A DNA stretch of 60,605 nucleotides from Candidatus Woesearchaeota archaeon (GTDB lineage: Archaea > Nanobdellota > Nanobdellia > Woesearchaeales > DSVV01): NCBI GenBank assembly GCA_038884615.1, contig JAWABL010000006.1, positions 1-60,605 on the forward strand, read 5' to 3'. Positions 9,048 through 19,724 of this stretch are shown in pieces. Position 1 is the stretch's first letter, and the number at the start of each line of letters is the position of its first letter. The notes under the pieces were generated by a model. That model was not told the origin of the DNA and did no database searches. It saw nothing but the letters and a program-made list of their open reading frames with translations. The position numbers were made by a program, and so were the translations under genes.

Positions 9048-10811
9048 ATGAATATATTCTACAGAAACAAGGTTTTTTATGACTTTTTAAAGCTTGTTGA
9101 AGACAGAAAGATTCTCCCGCTTATTTTAAAATACTACACAAAAAAGCATGTAGCAAAGTATGCTATACGCATTTCCTCAAAAATCAGCCGAAAACAAACG
9201 AATAAGAAGATAGACCTACTGCTTATTAATCCTCCACAAAGATACTTCTTATTTTCTGGAAGGAACTTTTCAGAAACATATATACCAAATGAAGAGCCGC
9301 TTGGTCTTTTTTCAATTGCATCTTTTCTTGCAAAGAGAGGGGTCTGCTGCCAAGTAGTAGACTGGAATGTCAGCGATACTAGTCTAAGCTGTGTTGACTT
9401 GTTGATTAAGCAAACAAAACCGAGAATTGTAGGGATAAGCGCAATAACCCGCCAGACTGAGAAAGCGTACATCATCGGCAGGCATATAAAGCAAAGCCAC
9501 CCTTCTGTGGCGGTTGTTTATGGAGGAGTACATCCAACCCTGTTTCCGAAAGAGCCGTTTGCCAAAGGATGCGCCGATTATGTTGTCTGTGGGGAAGGGG
9601 AGGAAACTCTCTATGAGTTATGGCAGAATCTTGACGCAGATAAAAAAGGCATTGCCGGACTGTGTTACAAACATAACGGAAGAGTGATAATAAATCCGCC
9701 AAGAAAGCATCTTAAACCTAATCTCATGCCTATCTGCAAACATAAGAGAATGTATAATACAAACATTCATGTTAGAGAGCTCGCAAAAAAAAGAACATTC
9801 CCAATAATGACCTCAAGAGGGTGTGTATACAACTGCAGCTATTGCGCAATTCCTTCTATTTGGAAGAGAACATTCAGGCAGCGAACCGTTGAGTCGGTCA
9901 TCAGCGAAATAAAATCCGCGACCGCAATGGGTTTTGAGTGCGCACATTTTTATGATGACGATTTTCTCCTGCGACCATCGTTTGTTGAGCATCTGTGCAG
10001 AAAACTTATTTCCGAGAATATCAGATTAAGATGGCTATGCCAGGCATCAAGCAGGAATGTGGTAAAAAACAGAAGGCTACTTCCTCTTATGAAGAAAGCA
10101 GGGTGCGATGTTGTGGAGATCGGCGTTGAAAGTGCAGATAAAAATGTCCTTAAAAAAATCTGCAAGTTGCAAACCAAAACGGATATATCTAAGGCTTTAA
10201 ACCTCCTAAAAAAGAATGATATTGAACCGATATTATTAATGATGGCATTTAATATGGGAGAAACGCTTGACTCTGTATATAAAACTGCAAGATTCCTTGA
10301 AAAAATAGGTGCGTGGAGCACCGACATGCTTAAGGACCATAGAAAGTATTTCAACAGGTTTTCTCCGCCTGAATGCAATTCAACACCATACTATCATGGT
10401 TTCTTTGCGACTCCTATTCCTGGCTCTAGGTTTTATGAGATTGCACGAAAAGAGGGTATGGTTTTCTGTAGCTCACCAAACGAATACTATTTTGGACTCA
10501 TTAATTTTGTGCCAAATGAATTTTTGACTGACACACCAAGAAAAGCAGTCATACTAAATAAGAGAGGTTTCACTGCCTTTCTCAAACCATTCCACTCTGT
10601 CCTTGAGTACGAGAGGCTTATTATAAATAGTATGAGGTATCTCAATGAAAGCTATATAAGCAGAGGAACAATGACTGAATCGCTGTGGCGACTTTATGAG
10701 CAGTCAGATGGAAAACTGAAAGTATTGGAGCTCGCAAAAGACGACCTACAAACCAGCTGCTTTCTTTTAAGAATTCTCGCAACAGTAGGTCTAATTAGAG
10801 GAAGAAAATGA
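9048..10811 (+). CDS. Cobalamin-binding radical SAM protein with C-terminal wHTH/RRE-like tail
   Basis: LLINPP, EPLGL, YGGVHPT, GEGE, SRGCVYNCSYC, GVES. Confidence 0.92.
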   Translation: MNIFYRNKVFYDFLKLVEDRKILPLILKYYTKKHVAKYAIRISSKISRKQTNKKIDLLLINPPQRYFLFSGRNFSETYIPNEEPLGLFSIASFLAKRGVCCQVVDWNVSDTSLSCVDLLIKQTKPRIVGISAITRQTEKAYIIGRHIKQSHPSVAVVYGGVHPTLFPKEPFAKGCADYVVCGEGEETLYELWQNLDADKKGIAGLCYKHNGRVIINPPRKHLKPNLMPICKHKRMYNTNIHVRELAKKRTFPIMTSRGCVYNCSYCAIPSIWKRTFRQRTVESVISEIKSATAMGFECAHFYDDDFLLRPSFVEHLCRKLISENIRLRWLCQASSRNVVKNRRLLPLMKKAGCDVVEIGVESADKNVLKKICKLQTKTDISKALNLLKKNDIEPILLMMAFNMGETLDSVYKTARFLEKIGAWSTDMLKDHRKYFNRFSPPECNSTPYYHGFFATPIPGSRFYEIARKEGMVFCSSPNEYYFGLINFVPNEFLTDTPRKAVILNKRGFTAFLKPFHSVLEYERLIINSMRYLNESYISRGTMTESLWRLYEQSDGKLKVLELAKDDLQTSCFLLRILATVGLIRGRK

Positions 10812-12628
10812 AACTCGCTGTGCTTAGAAGGCTAAAAAGGACCTTGTTTTTTGTTCTCTCAACTAATATCTACAAGCAAAAGGTTAGAAACCCTTTTTAC
10901 ATCAAAAAAGCTCTGTCCGCACTAATAAGATGCAGAAACCTTTATGCTGATGCGCTCCGCAAAAAAACACTACTAGAGATAAAGGAATGTGAAATTCTTC
11001 TTATAAACCCCCCAAAGTACGAAATAGGAAAACATTTTCCAATAGGGATAGGATATCTTGCTGCATATCTTGAAAATCAAGGCATAAGTGTGCAGTGCTA
11101 TGATTCTCACCTAAATGAAGTTGACGAGTCTACAAAATCAAAAGAGATTGATTTTATAGTTAAGATTATCAGGAAAGCGCATCCAAAAATCGTCGGAATA
11201 AGCGCCATAACTGCACAAGCTAATTCTGCTTATCTTATAGGTAGGTCTATCAAAGCGAATTTTCCGGACATAATTGTAGTTTACGGAGGCGTGCATCCAT
11301 CCGCGTTGCCTGAAGACGCTTTTTTAAACGGAAACGCAGACTATGTCATTATAGGAGAAGCCGAGGCTACTCTTTCAGAGCTTGCAATTGCGATACAGCA
11401 GGGAAAACCCACTAAAAACATTCTTGGGATAGCATACAAAAAGGGCGACAAAATAATAGCGAACGCACAACGGCCATTGCTTCCTGGAGATGCTTTTCCT
11501 ACGCCAGCATACCATCTTTTTCAGATTTCAGAGTACAACACAGATATTCATATCCATCCATATAATAAAAAAATAGCAATGGAAGTCATGACTTCTCGTG
11601 GATGTCCTTATTCATGCGCATACTGCGCAAACCCTTTTCTTTATAGAAGAAAAACAAGATTCAGAAGCCTGCCACAGGTTATCCAGGAGCTAAAGCTACT
11701 CAAGGAAAGGTATGGTTTTGATACAATACATTTTCACGACGACGATTTTCTTATTGAACCTAAAAGAACAGAAAGGTTATGCAGGCTTATCATCAAAGAG
11801 CAACTTAAAATCAAATGGGTCTGCCTTACAAATATAAACAACCTTTATGCAAACCTAAATATTCTGCCTCTATTAAAAAAATCTGGCTGTGTAGGTGTTG
11901 AGCTAGGGATTGAAAGCTGCGATGAAGAAGTTCTGAAGAAGTCAGGAAAGCTGCAGAAAATTTCAAGGCTTGAGGCTGTAAACAATGCGCTAAAGAAAAA
12001 CAATATTGCTCATATGTACCTTATGATGTCTTTTTTGCCTGGCGAGAACCTTGACACCGCATACAATACAGCTAAGATGATATGCAGAATGAACAAGGTT
12101 CAGGATAACAGAAATTTGGTCCCTTACTTAAAACCGGTCCATGGGGATTATGTATTAGGTATGCTTACAACACCATATCCTGGAAGCGAGCTGTATAGAA
12201 CAGCAAGAGAGCATGGCATTGTTCTTGCACAAAACTGGGATGTTTACAGGCCAGAGTTTGTTAACTTTCTTCCTTACTCTTTCCTCTATGATATTCCTAT
12301 AAAAAAAAGACAGATTGATAGAGAGATGTTCAAAAAAATTGTAAATATCTATAAGGAAAATATCCTGTTACATCTTGTGGATGACTATCAAATACACCAC
12401 ACCCCTTGGTTTGACGCAAAAACAAGATACGACTATCTTATTCGTGGAACTCTTTTTGATTTTAAGAGATACTGCGATTTTCTTTACTCGCTTTATTCTG
12501 AGTGCGATGGCAAGTCTTCAGTTTTTGAGGTACACAAAAAAATGAAAGAGGAACTAAGCTATGTCGCCGTAGGTTATAGGTTTCTAGCAATGTTTGGACT
12601 CGTGCGCTCAAAACGCAAAAAGAGCTGA
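10808..12628 (+). CDS. Cobalamin-binding radical SAM protein, tandem paralog of 9048..10811
   Basis: LLINPP, YGGVHPS, GEAE, SRGCPYSCAYC, GIES; ATGA overlap with the upstream gene. Confidence 0.92.
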   Translation: MKLAVLRRLKRTLFFVLSTNIYKQKVRNPFYIKKALSALIRCRNLYADALRKKTLLEIKECEILLINPPKYEIGKHFPIGIGYLAAYLENQGISVQCYDSHLNEVDESTKSKEIDFIVKIIRKAHPKIVGISAITAQANSAYLIGRSIKANFPDIIVVYGGVHPSALPEDAFLNGNADYVIIGEAEATLSELAIAIQQGKPTKNILGIAYKKGDKIIANAQRPLLPGDAFPTPAYHLFQISEYNTDIHIHPYNKKIAMEVMTSRGCPYSCAYCANPFLYRRKTRFRSLPQVIQELKLLKERYGFDTIHFHDDDFLIEPKRTERLCRLIIKEQLKIKWVCLTNINNLYANLNILPLLKKSGCVGVELGIESCDEEVLKKSGKLQKISRLEAVNNALKKNNIAHMYLMMSFLPGENLDTAYNTAKMICRMNKVQDNRNLVPYLKPVHGDYVLGMLTTPYPGSELYRTAREHGIVLAQNWDVYRPEFVNFLPYSFLYDIPIKKRQIDREMFKKIVNIYKENILLHLVDDYQIHHTPWFDAKTRYDYLIRGTLFDFKRYCDFLYSLYSECDGKSSVFEVHKKMKEELSYVAVGYRFLAMFGLVRSKRKKS

Positions 12629-12635
12629 TTCAAGA

Positions 12636-13745
12636 CTAGAGTTTTTTAACCACATCTTCTACTTTTGGCGGGCAGCCTGGCACAAACAAGTCGTTCTTTT
12701 TTCTTTTTATTTTCTTTGTGCAGTTGCCTATGCAGATAAGCTTTCCTTTTAGCGCAAGCTTTTTATGCTCGCCGGTTATAAAATGAATTGGCTCAATTAA
12801 TGAGTGCACGCCCATACGCAAAAACGTGATAGGGCTACGAATCAAAGAGCCTTTCAGCTGACCTATTAGTACTGTACAGCCACTGCAGGCGCCTTGCGCA
12901 TAATGCAGGTAGAGATTAAATCTGCGTAGGGTCTGTGTTTCTCCATATTTAATAGGTGGGGGTATAATAAATGAATGAGCAATCTTTGGAAGAACAAGAC
13001 GCCTTGCATGTTGTGTTGTATGGTCGCTACAAAGTTTCAAATGCTCAATCTTTGAGCCTTTTAGTCCGAATATTCTGCAGCCAATCTCGTCAACATCACG
13101 CATATTGTCGCCAATGACAATCAAGTCAAGGTTTTTAACAAGACATCCCATCTGCCCTGGCCCATTTCCCTCTATAGCGGTTATCGCATCTATTATACAA
13201 AGGGAAGGCTTTATTGCGTTTGCTAGCGCCGCGATGTTTTTGTCCAGGTCCTTATGAAATGCGCGCTTTGTCTTTAGGTCAAGCAACCCCTTTTGGTTTT
13301 TGGTGCACAAAGAAACAGTGGTCTGAATATGCGTCTTAAGTTTCGCAATGTTTAAGTACTCCGACTCAAGTACTATTTTCGGTAACAAAACCCACCTATT
13401 CCTAAACTTTATCTTTTCTCGTTTTTCCTTGTGCAAATCAACAAGCACCACCCCTAATCGCCTACATAATTCTCTATAGCCAGTTTTTTTGTAAACATAG
13501 TCAACCTCCTCTATACACGGTCCATCCCCTATATAGATGTCATTGATTTGAATACTCTTAAGATATCTTATAACTCCCTCAACAACCTTAGGATGAGTTA
13601 CGACGCCGCTCTCGGGCTTTACAGGTCCAACAATATTTGGTTTTATGAAAACCCTGTGTTTCTTAGGCTTGTAATTGTGAGATTTAAGAAGCTCAAACAC
13701 CTCGGATTCTATACATGAGGGGTCAATTTTTTTTATAGCAAGCAT
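12636..13745 (-). CDS. DUF362 family Fe-S protein
   Basis: VFIKPN...THP...KLKTH..T.SL..KN.KG; EGNGP; C-terminal CSGC...CIGNCT...VPGCPP. Confidence 0.85.
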   Translation of the reverse strand: MLAIKKIDPSCIESEVFELLKSHNYKPKKHRVFIKPNIVGPVKPESGVVTHPKVVEGVIRYLKSIQINDIYIGDGPCIEEVDYVYKKTGYRELCRRLGVVLVDLHKEKREKIKFRNRWVLLPKIVLESEYLNIAKLKTHIQTTVSLCTKNQKGLLDLKTKRAFHKDLDKNIAALANAIKPSLCIIDAITAIEGNGPGQMGCLVKNLDLIVIGDNMRDVDEIGCRIFGLKGSKIEHLKLCSDHTTQHARRLVLPKIAHSFIIPPPIKYGETQTLRRFNLYLHYAQGACSGCTVLIGQLKGSLIRSPITFLRMGVHSLIEPIHFITGEHKKLALKGKLICIGNCTKKIKRKKNDLFVPGCPPKVEDVVKKL

Positions 13746-13796
13746 TAAAGCATAAAAAACATTATGTTTTTATAAATATATTTTTTTCTAATTGTT

Positions 13797-15166
13797 ATGA
13801 AAAAGGTTATTTTAATTAACCCAAAGATTAAGCATGATTTCTTCTTTCCATATGATTGTATATTTCCTCCACTAGATCTTCTTACTCTAGCAAGCCACAT
13901 AAGAGAAAGTTATATTGTTAAAATAATTGACATGGCCACCACTAATGATTGGAAAGATGAGCTTTCAAAGCTCCTTGATAAAGAGGTTATATGTGTTGGT
14001 GTTACTGTGCAAACTATAGATGTACTTAAGGCAGTGGAGGTATCAAAATTTGTCAAGGAAAAAGGTAATTATTATGTGGTATGTGGTGGCATTCATCCGA
14101 CTCTTTTCCCTTGGAACATACTAAAAAAAAGTTGGATATGTTGACTTCATTGTAAGATGAGAGGGCGAAATAACATTTCCAGAGCTGCTGTCTGCTTTAG
14201 AAACCGGAAAACCTCTCAAATATATCAAGGGTATAGGCTATAGGCATGAAGGAAGAACAGTGATTAATAAGAACCGCCCTTTTATTGATATCAATAAGGT
14301 CAAGCTTCCGTCGTATGACTTAATTGACATGAATAGATATAGAAGCCAAACCGGAAGAAAGTGGGCAGTTGTGATGTTCAGTAGGGGTTGCCCATATTCA
14401 TGCAAATTCTGCCTAAACCCAAAATACAGCAAAAGACAGTACAGATTAATGTCACCTAAAACGGCGGTTGCGCATCTTGACTTATTGGAAAAACTTGGTG
14501 TAGAAAAACTCATAGCCGGAGATAGCGTCTTTTTTCACGACATTAAAAAAAACAGAGAGCATACTAAAAGCAATCGCAAGGAGAAAATACAATTTCAAAT
14601 GGCTGAAGATAGATATAACAATAAAAGATGCCTTCAAGCTTAAAAGAAAACAATTTAAACTGATAAAAAAAGCAGGGGTCACCTGCCTTAAATTTGGTAT
14701 TGAATCTGGCTCACAACGCCTACTCAACATAATGAATAAGGGAATTAGAGTTAAGGACGCAATAGAACTTAACAAAAAACTAAGTGAGATTAACATCAAA
14801 GTGCTTTATAGCTTTATGGTGGGGCTTTCAACCGAAAGAAAAAAGGAAAGAAAAAAGACAATAGAGGTTGCGCTACAACTAGTAAAAGAAAATAAAAATG
14901 CAAAAATTGAAGCAATATATCCCTTCCTGGATTATTATAAATTAGTAAGGAGTGGGGGAATGAAGAGTTATCATCCTGAGCTAATGAACATTTGCAAATA
15001 TTCAATCGGAATATACAATTCTAGATTGACCCTACATAGTTTAAGGTCTATCGCTGCAAAAATATACTACTCGCTTGCAAAGGCAAGACTTAAAAAAGGA
15101 TTTTATTCCTTCCAAATAGACTATAAGATAAAAAGCATTTTGTGGCAGAAATCATATCGTGCCTGA
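13797..15166 (+). pseudogene. Disrupted cobalamin-binding radical SAM gene
   Basis: Three ORF fragments join into one protein (PPLDL, GGIHPT, VR*EGE, SRGCPYSCKFC, GIESGSQR). Frame changes lie at or near A8 runs 14123-14130 and 14545-14552, and there is an in-frame TGA at 14158-14160. Confidence 0.85.
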
Positions 15167-16093
15167 GTCCGCGCAGCGACTACATAGCATATCATCGTCA
15201 ACCTTACCTTTATAGAGAGCATCCCTCATTCGTTTATATTCTTCGCTCCTCCATATCTGCTCTATTGACATGGTCTTCACATTGCCAAGTATATGTTTCC
15301 TCCTCCAGTCAGAGCAGCAAAGCACAACATCACCATTGAATAGAATATGAATTGTATTAAGCGGCGCATCATATATCCAGCAGCGGTCTTTATAAGCAGA
15401 GTTTTCGTGCTCTCCTAAAATATTTCCGGCCCTATCATAGTAAAGCCTAAAATTGCATTTTAGCCCTTTGCTTAGCCAAAAATTCCTTATTTCTCTTAGT
15501 CTGCTGTTTGAGATACTATTTTTTTTTACAACGTTTACGACTCTCACCCTCACTTTTTTATGTCTCGCTATTTTAGCAAGGATTATAATATTTGACATCA
15601 CCCTCTCATAAGACAGCCCCCGCATAATTTTTTCATATTCTTCCTTGCCAAAACCAGAAACATGCAACTGAAGCTCGTCAACAACACCTATAAGCGAGCG
15701 CGACATTTTAGGGCTTAGCAAGCTCGCGTTTGTTGAAATGAAGATCTCGGTTTTCGGCAGCATTTCACGCACAAGTTTTGCCTTCTCAATTATTTTTTTG
15801 TCAAGCAATGGCTCATTCATAAGATACAAAAAAATGCGTTTTACTCTGTGGCCACCGCATTCTTTAAGTATCTTGCCGAAAACCTCGCGAGACATCTCAC
15901 CATGCTTGATTGTTTTGCTTATTTCTGGATATGGACAGATTGTGCATGAAGCATTGCAACTTGAGGTTGTCTGAACCATAATCTGCTCTGGAAACTGCAG
16001 TTTTTTTCTTAAATTGTAAAATCGCCTGGCTCTTGACTCAATCTTATAGGCAACGCGTTCCAATGCGCATGGCAGATATCTGTATCTTATCAT
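15152..16093 (-). CDS. Radical SAM/SPASM-domain protein
   Basis: CNASCTICP, NEPLLD, GDVVLCCSD, GNV...IW, CSRC. Confidence 0.9.
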   Translation of the reverse strand: MIRYRYLPCALERVAYKIESRARRFYNLRKKLQFPEQIMVQTTSSCNASCTICPYPEISKTIKHGEMSREVFGKILKECGGHRVKRIFLYLMNEPLLDKKIIEKAKLVREMLPKTEIFISTNASLLSPKMSRSLIGVVDELQLHVSGFGKEEYEKIMRGLSYERVMSNIIILAKIARHKKVRVRVVNVVKKNSISNSRLREIRNFWLSKGLKCNFRLYYDRAGNILGEHENSAYKDRCWIYDAPLNTIHILFNGDVVLCCSDWRRKHILGNVKTMSIEQIWRSEEYKRMRDALYKGKVDDDMLCSRCADSGTI

Positions 16094-17439
16094 AATCCCA
16101 CCTGCCTTTGACGGTCTTCTGCTTTTTCTTCGTCGCGCAAAAGTTTTAATTTTTTCCCAGCCACGCCTACTACTTTAGGCCTTGGCTTTGTAAACTGCTG
16201 AAAATAAGCGTCTTTGTACGCACCGACATTCATTATTGCAAGAATATCACCTTTTTTTATTGAGCTACCAAACAAATGTCTAAATGCTGGGCCTGCATCA
16301 ACAGGGGTAGAAGCATAACACTTAAAGTTCAGCATTTTTTTGCTAGGGTTGCTGAGATTTACAACTGGATGAACCTCATTTAATATATTTGGCATGCAGT
16401 TCTGACCAAAATCCATAATCGCAAAACCATCTTTTATGTATAGAACTTTTGCTAGCATGTGAATAGAGTCGTTTACAAGATACCGACCAGGCTCAATAAA
16501 GAGAGAAGGTTCATTTATACCTGGGATTGTGAGTATTTCCTGCCTAAAAGAATCAACAATCTGTCTGCAAAACATATTTATATCTGGAGTGGGCAGGGGT
16601 TTTCTGCTTATTGGAAGATTAAGGCGCATTTTCGCTTTTTCATAGAGGCTTATTTTTCTATACCCACCTGAGCCAAGCCCGCCCCCTATATCAACAAACC
16701 TGAGTTCTGTGCGGTCGGTGTATGAAAGCAAAAAAATAAATCTGCGCAGCTCTCGGAATGCATTTATGTAAGGTTTTGCAGAGGCAAATTCAGTTCCTAT
16801 ATGAAAGGATAGACCCAATAAAGATATTCTATTTTGCCTTCTAATAATACTTAGCGCGTGTTGCAGGTCATGTTCCCCTATACCAAAGATTCTGTACCTC
16901 TTTTCTGAGCATGAGAGCCTAAGCCTTAAGCCGACTTCTGCTTTTTTTCTTCCCAGTTTTGCAACCGACATAATAGTAGCGAGCTCATCAATGGAGTCAA
17001 TGTTTATTATAACAGAGCTGTCGTCCAACGCCTGCCTAATCTCGCTGTCAGATTTTCCATGGCCGTTGAAGATTATTTTCTCAGCCATGTTTTTCTGCGC
17101 CATAGAAAGCTCAACACCGCTCGCCACCTCTGCAAATATCCCTCTTTGATGCAGCAATTTGCAAATCCGCGAGAGAGAATTAGTTTTATATGGGTAATAT
17201 ATTTCACATCTCCTATATTCATGCTCAAGCAAATTTTTTAGCTGTTCTGCTTTTCTTGCAAGAACATCTTCAAGGAAGAGATACTGTGGTGTGCCAAACT
17301 TTTCAGCACTTTTAATTGCGATGTCTGTCATACTTAATTTCAGATTATTTATAGAATATTCAAATAGTTGATTATCTGGGCATTTTGAGAGACGAGTACA
17401 CTCATTTTTTTGTAAGAGGTTATTTATTGACTTGACCAT
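16090..17439 (-). CDS. PLP-dependent decarboxylase, diaminopimelate/ornithine decarboxylase family
   Basis: GTPQY, YPYKTN (PLP lysine), EVASGVE, FHIG, DIGGG, EPGRYLV, GAY. Confidence 0.85.
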   Translation of the reverse strand: MVKSINNLLQKNECTRLSKCPDNQLFEYSINNLKLSMTDIAIKSAEKFGTPQYLFLEDVLARKAEQLKNLLEHEYRRCEIYYPYKTNSLSRICKLLHQRGIFAEVASGVELSMAQKNMAEKIIFNGHGKSDSEIRQALDDSSVIINIDSIDELATIMSVAKLGRKKAEVGLRLRLSCSEKRYRIFGIGEHDLQHALSIIRRQNRISLLGLSFHIGTEFASAKPYINAFRELRRFIFLLSYTDRTELRFVDIGGGLGSGGYRKISLYEKAKMRLNLPISRKPLPTPDINMFCRQIVDSFRQEILTIPGINEPSLFIEPGRYLVNDSIHMLAKVLYIKDGFAIMDFGQNCMPNILNEVHPVVNLSNPSKKMLNFKCYASTPVDAGPAFRHLFGSSIKKGDILAIMNVGAYKDAYFQQFTKPRPKVVGVAGKKLKLLRDEEKAEDRQRQVGL

Positions 17440-17515
17440 TTTAACGGAATTAGAAACAAGAAAGTAGTATAAATTAGTTTTGAAGAAATTTTTATAAACC
17501 TAAGCTTCATCAATC

Positions 17516-18817
17516 ATGCAAATGTTCTTAAGAAAACTTATTTATCTTAGACAGGCATTGCGAAACCAATGGCTGAGTGAGGAAAGGCTTCAAAGGTTGC
17601 AGACTGCGCTTATTCGTAATATTGTAAAATTTCACTACGAGAATAACAGATTTTACAGACAATTACTAAAAAAACATGGGCTAAAATCCTATGAAGCAAA
17701 GCATCTTGATGACATAAGAAAGTTACCTATTATAACAAAAGAGGATTTAAGAAACAGCAGGATGGGTGTTCTATCAGATGGTTACAGCAAAAAAAACACC
17801 ATTAAACTATGGACCTCGGGCTCATCTGGAGCACCACTAGAAGTATTTCATGATAGAAACGAGTGGGATTATCTTGACGCAGTGTATGCAAGAACAGTGT
17901 TCAATGCAGGATATAAACCATGGATGAAGATGGCTTACTACTGGAGCTATGATGAGGTGCTCAATAAAAAGGCATTTTATGAGCGGATTGGGCTTATGAG
18001 AAAAGAGTATGTTGTAGCTACTCTTCCTATAATTGAGCAATACAAAAGAATAATGCGAATAAAGCCTCATGCTATAACTTGTTTTCCGTCATCACTCTCT
18101 CTTGTATGTAGACAGATGGTTGAAAAGAACCTTCCTGTACCAAAGATTAGGTTAATACTGTCACATGCTGAGTTTCTTCATGAAAATGCTCGCAGGTTTA
18201 TAGAACAGGTGCTCAATGCACCGGTATTCAATCTTTATGGGTCGCTTGAGTTCATGAAGCTTGCTGGCGAGTGCAATAAAAGAGAGGGGATGCACATAAA
18301 CGGAGACAGCGTTTATATAGAGTTGGTTGATAACGACAACCAGCCTGTTGCACCTGGCGAGCGTGGCGAGCTTGTTGTGACCGGAATGCACAATCGAGCA
18401 ATGCCATTTCTTAGGTATAAAGTTGGAGACACAGGAGTCTTCAGCACTGAAAGATGCTCATGCAAAAGGTCCTTACCTTTGCTTGAGTCTTTGGAGGGAA
18501 GAGATGACGAGTTTATAACCCTGCCTAACGGAAGCATAATTGGACCAAGGGCAATAACTGGTGTTCTTGATAATGAAATACTGTTCAATGATAAAGTAAG
18601 TAATTTCCGTGTTATTCAAACAGGCTTAAGAAGCATAGAAGTGCAGGTTATACCTGGCAGAAATTTTCAAAGCGACACTGAGGAGGTCATAAAACAGCAA
18701 CTAAAAAAACTTAGTGGCGAAGAAATGAATATAAGGATTAAAAATGTGAAAAAATTAGATGCAAACCGGCGCGGAAAATTTAGGTTTGTAATCAATAATT
18801 TTTTAAAAAAAAGGTGA
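17516..18817 (+). CDS. Phenylacetate-CoA ligase-like (PaaK/CapK) adenylate-forming enzyme
   Basis: TSGSSG P-loop, YGSLE, MPFLRYKVGD, CSC, EGRDD. Confidence 0.9.
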   Translation: MQMFLRKLIYLRQALRNQWLSEERLQRLQTALIRNIVKFHYENNRFYRQLLKKHGLKSYEAKHLDDIRKLPIITKEDLRNSRMGVLSDGYSKKNTIKLWTSGSSGAPLEVFHDRNEWDYLDAVYARTVFNAGYKPWMKMAYYWSYDEVLNKKAFYERIGLMRKEYVVATLPIIEQYKRIMRIKPHAITCFPSSLSLVCRQMVEKNLPVPKIRLILSHAEFLHENARRFIEQVLNAPVFNLYGSLEFMKLAGECNKREGMHINGDSVYIELVDNDNQPVAPGERGELVVTGMHNRAMPFLRYKVGDTGVFSTERCSCKRSLPLLESLEGRDDEFITLPNGSIIGPRAITGVLDNEILFNDKVSNFRVIQTGLRSIEVQVIPGRNFQSDTEEVIKQQLKKLSGEEMNIRIKNVKKLDANRRGKFRFVINNFLKKR

Positions 18818-18830
18818 TTCTTTTTGAGCA

Positions 18831-19682
18831 ATGAATGTCTCAGCAGGCGTGATTGCGCACAACGATGAAAAAAACATTGCAGAGCTTCTTTTAGAGATTT
18901 CCCGTGAAAAGCAGGTCCGCGAGATAATAGTAGTCAGCTCAGGAAGCACTGACAAAACCAACAGCATTATAGAAAGGCTAAATCTATCTAAAGTCAAGCT
19001 TATCAAAGAGAGTGTACGAAGGGGAAAGGCGCACGCGATCAATATTTTTTTGAAAAAATCAAAAGAGGATGTACTGCTTCTTGTAAGCGCTGATGTTCTG
19101 CCGAAAAGAGGTTCAATCAGGAAGATTATAGAGCCGCTGAAAAAACCAGATATAGGTATCTGCGCAAGCAGACCTGTCCCTGCGCATATTGAAGATAGCA
19201 TTATAGGACACACCATAAGATTACAATGGTACTTACATCATAGAATATCACTAGACAATCCAAAATTTGGAGAAATGATTGCATTCAAAAAAGTTTTTAC
19301 AAAGATAAACAAAACATCTGTTGATGAGGAATATATAGCGGCCGTTATAAAAAATCTTGGGTACAAACTCAAATACTGCCCTGATGCGATTGTGATAAAC
19401 CGTCCGCCTAAAACAATCCAGGATCTTGTAAAACAAAGAAGAAGAATATACTGCGGCCATCTTGAATTAAGAAATACGACTGGATACAAAACGCCAACAT
19501 TGAGCAACACAAGAGTGCTGGTATACCTCCTTAAGGAAGCAAGGTTAAGGCATATAAAAAGGCTGCACCTCACACTTATATCTGTTGTGATTGAGACTTA
19601 TTCGCGATTTCTTGGTTTTTTTGATTTCCTTACAAACAAAGAAAAACATTATAAATGGGAGATTGCCAAAAGCGCAAAATGA
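18831..19682 (+). CDS. Glycosyltransferase family 2
   Basis: AHNDEKNI, SGSTDKT, RGKAHAIN, SADV, QRRR motif. Confidence 0.9.
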   Translation: MNVSAGVIAHNDEKNIAELLLEISREKQVREIIVVSSGSTDKTNSIIERLNLSKVKLIKESVRRGKAHAINIFLKKSKEDVLLLVSADVLPKRGSIRKIIEPLKKPDIGICASRPVPAHIEDSIIGHTIRLQWYLHHRISLDNPKFGEMIAFKKVFTKINKTSVDEEYIAAVIKNLGYKLKYCPDAIVINRPPKTIQDLVKQRRRIYCGHLELRNTTGYKTPTLSNTRVLVYLLKEARLRHIKRLHLTLISVVIETYSRFLGFFDFLTNKEKHYKWEIAKSAK

Positions 19683-19724
19683 AAAAGTAGAATTGCAGTA
19701 GAATCACAGCATGAGCACATCAAA

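Noticed and set aside
14158-14160. TGA recoded as Gly or Sec
   Set aside because: TGA ends intact genes at expected positions (for example queA at 45027), and this gene also has frameshifts. A GGA>TGA mutation is simpler.
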